Positions 9,844 through 19,307 of a stretch of 64,000 nt of DNA are shown here, one piece after another. This DNA is from a bacterium (lineage in GTDB: Bacteria; Bdellovibrionota; UBA2428): NCBI GenBank assembly GCA_009991595.1, contig JAACVK010000030.1, positions 11,262 through 75,261 on the forward strand, given 5' to 3'. Under the pieces are notes generated by a model, which saw only the letters and a program-made list of their open reading frames with translations, was not told where the DNA came from and searched no databases. The stretch's first letter is position 1. Each line of letters opens with the position of its first letter. The position numbers and the translations under genes were made by a program.

Positions 9844-9872
9844 TTTTTATTAAGATGAAGGCAGTGTGTCAA
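9844..9872 (-). promoter_or_regulatory. Sigma70-type promoter for the desulfurase-mnmA operon
   Basis: TTGACA (9872-9867), 17 bp, TAAAAA (9849-9844), then 6 nt to the GTG start. Confidence 0.55.
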
Positions 9873-10079
9873 GGCGAGAAGTCAAACGCAGATGCTTCAG
9901 CGCAACTACAAAGGACCAAGGGAGGCTCAAGCTAAAACTCTATGCAATTAACTTTATTCACATTTTTAGGCCAACTCTAAATCCGTGCTCAAATTACGAT
10001 GCAGGCGGCAAAGTTTGCCGCAACTTTTCGACCCCAACCATCTGGACTTCCCTAAGCAAGATCCCATATTGATCTAGGT

Positions 10080-10976
10080 ATGAGAACTTTTAGAAACATT
10101 GCACTCATGTTCGCCGTAAACATTGGGATTATAATCACACTGTCCATTGTCCTCTCGCTCCTAGGTGTTGAACCCTACATGCAGAGCTACGGACTCAACT
10201 ACGAATCATTAGCAATCTTTTGTCTTGTCTGGGGAATGGGTGCCTCTTTCATCTCCCTGCTCATGTCCAAAACCATCGTTAAATGGACCATGGGAGTAAA
10301 GGTTCTAAAGGAAAATGAAATCACATCGCCTGAACTCCGGAAACTACACTTAATGCTCCAAAGGCTTTCACTACAAGCGGGATTACCCAAGACCCCTGAG
10401 TTGGGAGTTTACCAAAGCCCTGAAATGAATGCGTTTGCCACAGGTCCTAGTAAGTCACGATCTCTAGTGGCCTTTTCAACAGGCCTCTTAGAGAAAATGA
10501 CGGACGAAGAGATTGAGGGGGTCGCCGCACACGAGATCGCCCACATCGCCAATGGCGACATGATCACAATGACTCTATTACAAGGTGTTGTGAATGCGCT
10601 CATTATGTTTATTGCGAGAATCATTGCCTTTGCCGTGTCTTCACGATTTGAACGCGATTCTCGATATTGGATTCAATTCGTAACAGTCATTGTTGCTCAA
10701 CTAATCCTCGGTGTTTTTGGAGTGATGATCACCTCTTGGTTTTCACGAAAGCGGGAGTTTCGAGCAGACCAAGGTGGAGCTCGCTATGCTGGTCGTTCTA
10801 AAATGATTGCAGCCCTTCAAGCCCTCAACAATAGACATCAAATCGCTGATGACAGAGCCCCTCAAATGGCCGCTCTAAAAATATCTTCCTCTAAAAAGGG
10901 AGGATTTCTTTCGCTTCTATCAACCCACCCTCCCTTGGAGGAGCGCATTGAAGCTTTAAAGAGTGCAAGGATTTAG
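10080..10976 (+). CDS. htpX: Membrane zinc metalloprotease HtpX (M48)
   Basis: NAFATG, HEIAHIANGDM, FSRKREFRAD and LSTHPPLEERIEAL, plus TM segments. Confidence 0.96.
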   Translation: MRTFRNIALMFAVNIGIIITLSIVLSLLGVEPYMQSYGLNYESLAIFCLVWGMGASFISLLMSKTIVKWTMGVKVLKENEITSPELRKLHLMLQRLSLQAGLPKTPELGVYQSPEMNAFATGPSKSRSLVAFSTGLLEKMTDEEIEGVAAHEIAHIANGDMITMTLLQGVVNALIMFIARIIAFAVSSRFERDSRYWIQFVTVIVAQLILGVFGVMITSWFSRKREFRADQGGARYAGRSKMIAALQALNNRHQIADDRAPQMAALKISSSKKGGFLSLLSTHPPLEERIEALKSARI

Positions 10977-11080
10977 AACACTTAGTAAAGAAAACTCTAT
11001 GCGACTAGAACTTAAATCGGCTTTCATCGCCTAAAAGTTTCTTGCAGCCAACAAACGGTAGCTATTAGTTTCGCTTCCGA

Positions 11081-12250
11081 ATGAAAGCTTTACAGACTTT
11101 GAAGGTTTTGCTTCTAGCTATCGCTATGATTGCAGCAAGCGCTCATAGCCAAAGCAATGAAGATCCAAAGCTTTGGACCAGCAGCCTTGAAGGGCCCTTC
11201 AAGCTAGGATTAAAAAATTCTAGTGACCATCAAAACGAAAAAAAATTCTTTTTAAAAGCTGGACTTAACTATGACAAAATCAAAAAACATCTTAGAGCTA
11301 AAGACAAGCAATTAAACTTTTATAAAATTTATGATCGCCCTAACGACGATGACTACCAAAATGAAAAACTTCGCCTTGAGTTAGGCCTAGATGAAGTAGA
11401 GGGCTTTGCTTACAGCACAGCCCGCGTTGTTTTGGCTTTGCAAGTTGTTCCCGCTGCACAAGAAAACTCTTACAGTGTTTATGCTAAGTGGATTGCTCAA
11501 ATGAGCGTAGGCACTCACACCGAAAGCGCACGTTTTTGTGTGATTGAATTTAAAGACAAACAGCTACCACTCACCATAGAATATCCCAGCAATAACATCG
11601 GCCCTAAAAGTGCGAGTCCGCTCAAAAAGGGCTCTTTGATCGTAGGTCCAGATATTTTTATAGGTGAAATCGATCAAAAAAAGGATCAGGACCTTAGTGG
11701 GAGCTTTGCTCTCATGCGAGGCACCCACAGGCACTATGTTGTAGAATATAGAATCATTGTTAAAGACTCTCAGATCTCTGAGGTCGAGCTGAATTCTTCC
11801 AATCAAAACCCTAGCTATAAAGAAACAGATCTCTACCCCATTGCCCAAAGCACTCCTTTGAGTAATATGCACCGAAAGAGTCTTTTCTTTACTCGTTCAG
11901 AGGAAGAGGTCAAAGCTGTAGAAATTACCGGAGATGGCTACCTACAGCTAGGTTCGATCTTTAAAAAGAATAGTTGTCTCGATTGCCATGCATCAGACGT
12001 CTCTGCCGATCAAAAGTTCGACGATGATACGGGCGTCCCAATTGATCCTTCAGATTTATGGTTTTCGCTTGAAGGACTTGTTAAAACTTACCAACACGCC
12101 GAAAGAGAAGACATCGTCTACAATCAAAGTGGTAAAAGGTGGCCTTCAAAAATGAAAAAGCACATTCTTAAAATGCTCCAAGATCAAGAAGACCAAGCTT
12201 ATCTGCAAGAATGGTTTCGAAAACACATCGAGTCGCTAAAGAGTCATTAG
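11081..12250 (+). CDS. Exported protein with a C-terminal c-type cytochrome domain
   Basis: Sec signal (AHS-Q); IFKKNSCLDCH heme motif at 11975-11989, a later Met, and a terminal helix EDQAYLQEWF as in class I cytochrome c domains. Confidence 0.65.
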   Translation: MKALQTLKVLLLAIAMIAASAHSQSNEDPKLWTSSLEGPFKLGLKNSSDHQNEKKFFLKAGLNYDKIKKHLRAKDKQLNFYKIYDRPNDDDYQNEKLRLELGLDEVEGFAYSTARVVLALQVVPAAQENSYSVYAKWIAQMSVGTHTESARFCVIEFKDKQLPLTIEYPSNNIGPKSASPLKKGSLIVGPDIFIGEIDQKKDQDLSGSFALMRGTHRHYVVEYRIIVKDSQISEVELNSSNQNPSYKETDLYPIAQSTPLSNMHRKSLFFTRSEEEVKAVEITGDGYLQLGSIFKKNSCLDCHASDVSADQKFDDDTGVPIDPSDLWFSLEGLVKTYQHAEREDIVYNQSGKRWPSKMKKHILKMLQDQEDQAYLQEWFRKHIESLKSH

Positions 12251-12711
12251 AACTCGAGGACCTTTTTCTTAGTTGGAAGAGTTTTTATGCCTTCTTCAAA
12301 AAGAACATCCATTTTTGTGCCCCTAATTTTTTGTATGGCACCCTTACCAAAGCTTTGATGTTTAATGACCTGTCCTTCTTCAAAACTTGATTTAGGGTCA
12401 TAAACAATGGCTTCTTTATCAACCCCCCAGGCCTTGATTTGCGAAAACCAAGTGTCTCTAAGGGCTGGGCTAAATGCCGCATTTTTTTCTGTAGCGGGAG
12501 ATCTTCGAATCACGGACGAACGAGTCGACGAACTAGCAACAATCTTTTTTGTGGGGCGATATTTATGCTCACTACCACAAGATTTACAAATAACCCGGTC
12601 CACAATCCCTTGAGCATTGTGATTCCGAACGACATGCCATGTTTCAATTTTTTCTCGAGTGCAAAGAGTATACAAATCTGCGGCAACAGGTGTCTTATCG
12701 GGGTTTTGCAT
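12247..12711 (-). CDS. Conserved hypothetical zinc-ribbon protein
   Basis: CTRE..H and CKSCGSEH metal-binding motifs; C-terminal Y.....F..G.VI.H..FG.G small beta domain. Confidence 0.75.
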   Translation of the reverse strand: MQNPDKTPVAADLYTLCTREKIETWHVVRNHNAQGIVDRVICKSCGSEHKYRPTKKIVASSSTRSSVIRRSPATEKNAAFSPALRDTWFSQIKAWGVDKEAIVYDPKSSFEEGQVIKHQSFGKGAIQKIRGTKMDVLFEEGIKTLPTKKKVLEF

Positions 12712-12808
12712 AAGTTTAAAGACTTATTATAAACTGCTTCATGAGTCTTGAGAAAGTTCTCAATAGTCAACAAATCCTCGGATGGAGACAATGCTGCTCC
12801 GAGAGTCT

Positions 12809-13306
12809 TTAATAGCCCGATTCTTGGTAAAGCTCTGGGTAATCAACAAAGCCCCAGATCAAAGGAACTCCACGACCAGCTGAGACAGCCGCTATATTCA
12901 ATCCATCAGAACTCGGTCCTGTTGCGGACTCTAGAAGATATTCTTCGTATTCCTCAATATAGACACCATTTTTAGGGTTAACCTCGAAATAGCCACCAGC
13001 TGGAATAGTGACCTGATCTGCAAGTAAATGCCATGTGGATTGCCCAGCAGCCCTTGCTAGCAATCGATAAGGGGTAATGGCTGGATTAAAATCCAACTGA
13101 GTAATGGTTACAATTGCGTAATTTTCCGTAATATTAGGCTCGATGGACATGCAGCGAAGCTCGTCCCCCGAAGCACCCGTGGCGCAAACCTCTTGGGCCG
13201 CCCAGATTTCAGAGTTCTGATCAATATTGCCACGCCTAGATTGCGAACAATGACTTAGACCAGCTACAACCGCTAAGCTCAACAGTAATTTCTTAAAGCC
13301 CCTCAC
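12809..13306 (-). CDS. Hypothetical lipoprotein
   Basis: GTG start with GAGGGAG RBS; MRGFKKLLLSLAVVAGLSHC lipobox-like signal. Confidence 0.7.
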   Translation of the reverse strand: MRGFKKLLLSLAVVAGLSHCSQSRRGNIDQNSEIWAAQEVCATGASGDELRCMSIEPNITENYAIVTITQLDFNPAITPYRLLARAAGQSTWHLLADQVTIPAGGYFEVNPKNGVYIEEYEEYLLESATGPSSDGLNIAAVSAGRGVPLIWGFVDYPELYQESGY

Positions 13307-13334
13307 TCTTGTTTGCTCCCTCTGTTAAGAAGGA

Positions 13335-13350
13335 TGCAGAAGGCGTGCCA
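13335..13350 (-). promoter_or_regulatory. Sigma54 (-24/-12) promoter for the lipoprotein gene
   Basis: Minus strand TGGCACGCCTTCTGCA matches TGGCAC-N5-TTGCA with correct GG/GC spacing, 28 nt upstream of the start codon. Confidence 0.8.
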
Positions 13351-13537
13351 AGCTAGATTATTCGTATTTTCGGGTGTTTACAGCCATATGTTAAGAAATT
13401 ATTAAGAGAACTTTTCGACGTATGTTGATTTTTTAGACACCCACTACCCATTTACGGAGCTTTCAAAGTTCCCATATCAGCGCTCCAAGTGCCCGTGAAA
13501 AGGTAGCGGGTATCTGTGAAAAGTAAACGGATACGTT

Positions 13538-14182
13538 TTAGAGGATTCTTTTGCAATAATCTCTGGTCCAGGAGCGGATCTTAGCTGAGTTTGCTTCAGA
13601 GCGCAGCACAGCCCAATAGCGTGCGCCCCCTCGCCAAGCTCCATTAACTCTGCCAGCGATCCTACGATCACGCCTCATCCAGTAATCTAGAATCTTCACA
13701 CCACAACGCAGATTCTTAGTCGGGCTGTGAAGGTCGGACTCAGATGTGAAGCCACAGCCATAAGGCTTGGAGGATTGATACGAGATTTGAAGAAGTCCTC
13801 GACTGTATACAACCCGGCCTTGATCATCTCTGAAACTTTCTCGATACTTTAGGTTTGGATTGAAGTTACTTTCCAATTGAGCAATTGAACTCAATAGATA
13901 AACGTAGAAGTTTTGCCTTTCGGAGTTAGAGGCGTTTCGAAGTTCGGGACAAAAAGATTGATAATCCCCTGGCAATGTAGAAATCAACGCACTTCCGTCT
14001 TTCTTTACAGAAGAAAAGGTTTGAGTTGTCCATTCACGAGTTCCAGAGCGAAAGCTCTCCCACCTGGCTGGTAAAATTCCCTGAGGGCTACTCCAATCAA
14101 TAACAATAGGCGACTTAGCCCCCTTAGCCCAAACATTCGATAACACTGTAGCAAACAAAACGATGATCCCTATCTGTTTCAT
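13538..14182 (-). CDS. Secreted lytic transglycosylase (SLT domain)
   Basis: Signal peptide from MKQIG; IAQLESNFNP (catalytic Glu), SRGLLQISY, NLRCGVKIL and YWAVLR. Confidence 0.85.
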   Translation of the reverse strand: MKQIGIIVLFATVLSNVWAKGAKSPIVIDWSSPQGILPARWESFRSGTREWTTQTFSSVKKDGSALISTLPGDYQSFCPELRNASNSERQNFYVYLLSSIAQLESNFNPNLKYRESFRDDQGRVVYSRGLLQISYQSSKPYGCGFTSESDLHSPTKNLRCGVKILDYWMRRDRRIAGRVNGAWRGGARYWAVLRSEANSAKIRSWTRDYCKRIL

Positions 14183-14399
14183 ACGCCCCCCCAAGGTGCC
14201 TGGGAAAAACCCCATTTAACCAGGGTAGAGTAATTCGAAAAAATTACGAACGTAGCCCAATAAAGAACTGTTGCAGTGCAAAAGTTTATTGAGTCATTGA
14301 AAATAAACAAAGATCAATGATTTATACATAGACCTTAATTTTCACTCCAAGCTTTAGTCCATTTTAAATTTTTACAGATGCTTATTTTGAATATTCAAT

Positions 14400-15095
14400 T
14401 TAACGAACTAACAAGTTTTGTTCGCTAAAATCAGAAGGTTTCTCAACGTCCACGGAACTCCAAGAAGCATTGGTCAACCAATACTGAGGAAGAGCTGTGA
14501 TTCGCTTCGCTCTCTCAACAGCCGACTCTGTAAAATCATTGGCCTCGAAAGACTTATTGTATTCTTCTTTAAGAAGCGCTCTCCAGTCCTTAAAAACTGG
14601 AGCAGAGCTAAAGCTATCAGGATGTGGACTTTCCTTAGCTTGCCATGAAGCTGCCAAGTAAAGATCTCGGATGGCAATTCGACATTGCTCAGGCTCGGTC
14701 AAAACGTCCATCTCGAAACGTCCTAAAAAAACCGGGCCCTCGTGCTTAGAACCATTCTGAATTAAAAATTCTTTCTTTAAAGCAATCGCTAAAGAAGTAT
14801 TTAAACTCTTAAAACTTTTTTCTAATTGATCTTGATTTTTAAACTCGCAGATCATTACAATCCTAAAGTCAGTGATCGCAAAATGAATCACTCGCAAACC
14901 AAATCGACGGGCTCTAAGGCAAGCCTTCTCAAAAACTTCGAAAATATTTTCGTTTCTTAGGCTGGGTAGAGTTTTACGAATCTTGAGAGTTACCTTCAAA
15001 GGTCTTCGACTACCAACACGTGGCCTCTTCAGATGAGAAACCATAGGGGAAGTTTTTGGTCTTCCTGCACCTTCTCTTTTACCGCCCCAAGACAT
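14400..15095 (-). CDS. RAYT/TnpA(Y1) HUH transposase homologue lacking catalytic residues
   Basis: GGKREGAGRP, SHLKRP, P.KVTL.IR..LPSLR, FGLRVIHF, GPVF.GRF, D.FSS and P..WL...W follow the RAYT scaffold, but the HUH position reads R-I-V and the catalytic Tyr position reads D. Start at ATG 15095. Confidence 0.75.
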   Translation of the reverse strand: MSWGGKREGAGRPKTSPMVSHLKRPRVGSRRPLKVTLKIRKTLPSLRNENIFEVFEKACLRARRFGLRVIHFAITDFRIVMICEFKNQDQLEKSFKSLNTSLAIALKKEFLIQNGSKHEGPVFLGRFEMDVLTEPEQCRIAIRDLYLAASWQAKESPHPDSFSSAPVFKDWRALLKEEYNKSFEANDFTESAVERAKRITALPQYWLTNASWSSVDVEKPSDFSEQNLLVR

Positions 15096-15159
15096 ATCAA
15101 CGGATACTAACAAGTTCTGAATTTTTTTCTAGTAGACATAACGATTAATTTTCAAACAG

Positions 15160-16683
15160 CTAGTCTTGACGAGTTCTTCGCTGAGCCTTTTTCACAGGGA
15201 GATCTGCATATATAACGCGTTCACCAAACAGAGGGCCTTCAGCCAAAACTTCACCCCAAGGCGCAACAACCATTGACACCCCTGTATTTGTTGCTCTCAA
15301 GAAAGGAAGAGACACTCTAGCTGCTTGCCAGCGAGCTAAACGAGCATGCATAAAAGGTTCAACTGTTTTTCCGAACCAAGAATCGTTTGTAGGGTTATAA
15401 ATAACAATCTCACGTCCAGGATACTTTTTCTTAGCCAAATCTATTGCTGCATTGAGCATGTCATCAAAAAGCATTTCATAACAAATGACCGGTAAAAAAA
15501 CAGGCCCATTGGGATCTGGATGGGCTAGAAGCTTCGGACCTTCTCCTCGACCAAAATGATTAACTTGAGGAACCCATTCGTAGACTTGAGGAACTAGGAA
15601 ATCTCCGGGGAAATATTCACCGTAAGGCATCAAGGCAATTTTTCTATAATGATCAACGTATCCCACGTCTTCGTGAAGAAGCAGAGCAATATTATATTCA
15701 GTGGCCTTCTCCTTGCCGTTAAACATCATCGTTCCATCTTCATAGGCTCCAACTAAATGCAAACCACGAGACATATTCACCCAAAAATCCAACTGATCTT
15801 GCATATGCCGATCTCTTAGCGGAAATCCAGGGAAAGACGTTTCTGGCCAAACATACCAAGGCTCCAGAGCATCGTTTCCAGTAGCAATTTCTGCATAGGT
15901 GGTCGCGGCTTCTTCAATCAAATTCCTGTAGATGCTTAAAACATTACGAACGGTTGGTTCAACGCCAGCATCCGTCTGACGCTTTTCATAATTTCCAATA
16001 TTTCCTTGAAGAAGAGCCACAGGTTGTCTCTGAGAATACTCTTTCTTCAAGCTATCCCGATGAGAGCGCCCAACCATCATCGCTCCACCCAACAATGACA
16101 AAAACAAAAAGGAAGAAACAATTCGAGCCTTTTGCCTTTCTCGGGAAAATAGAACAACAAAAGTAAGTGCTGACAGAGCAAAGAACAAAAAACGCCAAGC
16201 AAGTGAATCGAAAACTCCCACAGAGGCCAAAAGATAGTCGTTGCTAGCCAAAGCCATCATGGGCGACCACGGGAAAAGTCGAATGTCTTGGTAGTCCCAT
16301 AGAACAAAAAACAAAAGCAAAAGCAACAATCGAAAATAGATTGACCGATTCTTGAATTTTAACTGGAGCAGCTGCCAAACAAAACCAAAGCCAGCTGAAA
16401 TCAACCCCAAAGCAAAAAAGAGTAAAACAGCAATCGGTATACTTAAGAACCAAGAAAACTCGGCAAACTCATGAATGGTATAGGCCAACCAATAGAAACC
16501 TACGAAGTTACAACCAACAGCAAAGGTCCCGAAAAATAGAGCCATTCTCCGAGGAGTTTCTTGTAGATCAACTAGCTTTACGATCAAAAGCGCAATCGCC
16601 ACAAAAGAGAGAGGCCACAACGACAAAGTAGGAAAGGCTACTGCCAAAAGGCAGGCAGCAAGAAGAGCTCTAAGAATCAGCAT
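15160..16683 (-). CDS. lnt: Apolipoprotein N-acyltransferase
   Basis: Multi-TM N-terminus; LQGNI, VWPETS, YRKIALMPYGEY, ICYE, TNDSWFG and RATNTGVS. Confidence 0.95.
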   Translation of the reverse strand: MLILRALLAACLLAVAFPTLSLWPLSFVAIALLIVKLVDLQETPRRMALFFGTFAVGCNFVGFYWLAYTIHEFAEFSWFLSIPIAVLLFFALGLISAGFGFVWQLLQLKFKNRSIYFRLLLLLLFFVLWDYQDIRLFPWSPMMALASNDYLLASVGVFDSLAWRFLFFALSALTFVVLFSRERQKARIVSSFLFLSLLGGAMMVGRSHRDSLKKEYSQRQPVALLQGNIGNYEKRQTDAGVEPTVRNVLSIYRNLIEEAATTYAEIATGNDALEPWYVWPETSFPGFPLRDRHMQDQLDFWVNMSRGLHLVGAYEDGTMMFNGKEKATEYNIALLLHEDVGYVDHYRKIALMPYGEYFPGDFLVPQVYEWVPQVNHFGRGEGPKLLAHPDPNGPVFLPVICYEMLFDDMLNAAIDLAKKKYPGREIVIYNPTNDSWFGKTVEPFMHARLARWQAARVSLPFLRATNTGVSMVVAPWGEVLAEGPLFGERVIYADLPVKKAQRRTRQD

Positions 16684-17419
16684 TTTTCAAAAAATCTCTA
16701 ACGACCCGATTCATTTTCCCAACTACCTCAGGGAGGCTACAATCGGTTGAATCAATTAAAAGCGCATCTTCCGCTTGTTTAAGTGGAGCCACTTCTCGAT
16801 TTCGATCTTGATCGTCTCTCATTTTAGTTTCCTTAATCACTTGCTCTAAAGCCTTTTCTACCCCAGCTACTTGCAGTTCTTCCAAGCGACGTTGAGCACG
16901 ACTCTCCAAAGAAGCTGTCAGGAAAAACTTAATCTGTGCCTTGGGAAATATAACCGTTCCAATGTCTCGCCCTTCCATGACGATGCCACCTTGATCTCCA
17001 AATTTTCGCTGAACTTCGACCAAAGCCTTTCGAACCATAGGCAATTTAGAAACATTCGAAGCGGCAATGCCAAGCTCCGGGCTTCGAATTGCATCGGTCA
17101 CGTCTACCGAGTTACAATAAACATGAAGACGAGGGATATTGAGTCCATTCTTATCCAAATGATGAGTATTCTCTAAACTCCCGAACTGAAACTTAAGAGA
17201 ACGGCACAAGTCAGCCAAGGCCACTTCTTCATCCAAGCCAATACCGGCTTCCATAGCCTGCATAGCCAAGGAGCGATAAATTGCGCCCGTATCGATCAGT
17301 ATAAAACCTAGTTGAGAGGCCAAGAGTCTTGCCGCTGTGCTTTTTCCAGCGCCCGCAGGCCCGTCAATTGCAATGATGGGAAGATGACTACCGGTGGTTC
17401 GAATCAGCTCTAACGACAT
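16670..17419 (-). CDS. cmk: Cytidylate kinase
   Basis: IAIDGPAGAGKST, DTGAIYR, MEGRDIGTVIFP, KFFLTAS and RDDQDRNREVAPL. Confidence 0.96.
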   Translation of the reverse strand: MSLELIRTTGSHLPIIAIDGPAGAGKSTAARLLASQLGFILIDTGAIYRSLAMQAMEAGIGLDEEVALADLCRSLKFQFGSLENTHHLDKNGLNIPRLHVYCNSVDVTDAIRSPELGIAASNVSKLPMVRKALVEVQRKFGDQGGIVMEGRDIGTVIFPKAQIKFFLTASLESRAQRRLEELQVAGVEKALEQVIKETKMRDDQDRNREVAPLKQAEDALLIDSTDCSLPEVVGKMNRVVRDFLKNADS

Positions 17420-18486
17420 TACTGTATTGAATAGTCTTTTTGAGAGACTCCATCAAGGCAGCTTTCAACCCTTTTGAGCACGATTTCTGAGGAAAGTTTC
17501 TTCATACAATTGTGGTGACCCAAGGGACAATTCCTGGGGCCGTGAATGTCACAGGGCCTACACGCCATCTCTAGGCCCAGTGCATGAGCTCCTGAACGCC
17601 TCCAAGGCGCAAATCCAAGCTCTGGAACTGTTGGCCCAAACAAAGCAATCACTGGCCGATTGAGGTCACTAGCAACATGCACTGCAGCGGAATCTCCACT
17701 CAATAAAACATCCGATTCTTCGATCAATTTCACCCATTCTGAGACCGTAGTTTTGCCGCTGTAATCTTCGAGCAAGGGCGATGCCAACTGCTCTTTTATG
17801 ACGGAATACAACTCGGCAGTCGTCCCATCCCCTAAGAGTCTCAAAGTCACCCCCTTTTTTAAAAGGTCTCGGCACAACTCTAGGGCCTGAGTCATATCCC
17901 ATCGTTTAGTGGGCCAAGGACTCCCTAAAGACAAGCTAACGATCGGGCCACCTCCCCTCACTTTTATCTGAGAGGAGGCCAATATAGAAAGTGCAGTTTT
18001 AGAGGACCAAGTTAGATCGGCCTCTGCAAAAACAGCTCTCAAGAGAGATAGGTTTTTATTGAGCTCATGCTCGCCTTGATCCCAAGACCGAGGAACATTG
18101 TCCGAATAAAAGAAAGAAGCTGCACCACTTGAAAAACCAATGACTCGCTTGGCCCTCAATATCCATGCGAGAAAACCCGACCTAAAGCTTCGCTGAAGAC
18201 AAAAAACGTTCTCAATCATTTCGCCCGGAAATTTCTCCAAAATCTTTCTTCTAAGTTCAAAAAAAGAAAAAAAGCCACGGTGTTCTCCACGCTTATCCCA
18301 AGAAACGATCTGAATGCGATTTGAAAACGGAGACAAGCCACGACTCAACGCCAGCTGAAACAGATCCAAATTGCGCGGAGCCGCAACAATTACAAGATTG
18401 TCAGAACTCAACTCCATCAGCCTATAAATTGTAGGCAAACTTAGAATAGAGTCACCGACAAAGGAAGTTTGAATCAAAACATTCAT
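17419..18486 (-). CDS. GT9 LPS heptosyltransferase (WaaF-like)
   Basis: QTSFVGDSILSLP, GSPWPTKRW, GDSAAVHVA, ALFGPT and CRPC.IHG...CPLGHHNCM. Confidence 0.88.
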   Translation of the reverse strand: MNVLIQTSFVGDSILSLPTIYRLMELSSDNLVIVAAPRNLDLFQLALSRGLSPFSNRIQIVSWDKRGEHRGFFSFFELRRKILEKFPGEMIENVFCLQRSFRSGFLAWILRAKRVIGFSSGAASFFYSDNVPRSWDQGEHELNKNLSLLRAVFAEADLTWSSKTALSILASSQIKVRGGGPIVSLSLGSPWPTKRWDMTQALELCRDLLKKGVTLRLLGDGTTAELYSVIKEQLASPLLEDYSGKTTVSEWVKLIEESDVLLSGDSAAVHVASDLNRPVIALFGPTVPELGFAPWRRSGAHALGLEMACRPCDIHGPRNCPLGHHNCMKKLSSEIVLKRVESCLDGVSQKDYSIQ

Positions 18487-19307
18487 AGGGCCTTCCATTG
18501 CTTAAACAATTTTCTAGCTTTTGTCAGACGCCAGAACAAACTTTGAGCAGAGCCCCTCGCAATCAAAAAGCCCACACGCCCGTCCAAAAAACCCAACTTT
18601 AATACATAGTTTTCAAAAAACTTTACAAGGACTTTTATAAAAACCTCAGGATAGGAATAAACGCGCTTTTCGCCCCGATGATATTGAGAAGCCAGGCCTT
18701 CTGCGAGCAAACTCGAATACCTCCAATTGGTCTCTCGATGTTCTCGTTTGTCTTTAAACGGTTCATGCCCAAAATGACCGTCCATTCGAGCCACTTCACC
18801 CCTTTTCTCGATCGAGAAAAGGTTTTCATGAACGTCGGCATTTCGAGGGCCTCTTTTCCACTCAATCGCACCGACTCTTCCTAAACGTCTCTTGAAATCC
18901 GGATACCAGCCACCGAAACGCACCCACTGCCCCAAGTAAAAGCTCTTTCTTGCAATACTATAAACATCCCCTTGAAGTTCTGAAAATTTAACTCGAGATA
19001 ACTCCAGATCGAGATCGGATTCAATCCACTCATCCGCATCTATCCACAACACCCACTCTGTTCGAACCCAACGCAAAGAAAAGTTTCGGGCATCCGTAAA
19101 ACCCTTCCACTCTCGACTCAAAAACATCAAGTCATGAGAGGCTCTTCCCAGTTGCTTCCAAGCCATGCGCACCTGCTCAAAAGTTTCGTCCGTCGAGAAC
19201 GTGTCGATTATAATTAATTTAGAAAACTGCGATAAAGAAGAAACACAGCGCTCCACTCGAGCCCCTTCTTCTTTAGTTAAAATGACTGCAGTTAGTTCTT
19301 TTCTCAC
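18483..19307 (-). CDS. GT2 glycosyltransferase (KdtX/WaaE-like, LPS)
   Basis: DTFSTDET, GFTDARN, WVLWIDADE, GGWYPD, VHE and LGFLDG..GF. Confidence 0.88.
   Translation of the reverse strand: MRKELTAVILTKEEGARVERCVSSLSQFSKLIIIDTFSTDETFEQVRMAWKQLGRASHDLMFLSREWKGFTDARNFSLRWVRTEWVLWIDADEWIESDLDLELSRVKFSELQGDVYSIARKSFYLGQWVRFGGWYPDFKRRLGRVGAIEWKRGPRNADVHENLFSIEKRGEVARMDGHFGHEPFKDKREHRETNWRYSSLLAEGLASQYHRGEKRVYSYPEVFIKVLVKFFENYVLKLGFLDGRVGFLIARGSAQSLFWRLTKARKLFKQWKAL

Noticed and set aside
9866..10072. 68-aa ORF upstream of htpX
   Set aside because: Lies over the divergent promoter region (starts in the TTGACA box), with no RBS or protein-like features.
14216..14399. Possible REP/REPIN hairpins or IS ends flanking the RAYT-like gene
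   Set aside because: The region is AT-rich with no repeated GC-rich palindromes or guide tetranucleotide-plus-hairpin that I could find, so it was not called a mobile element.
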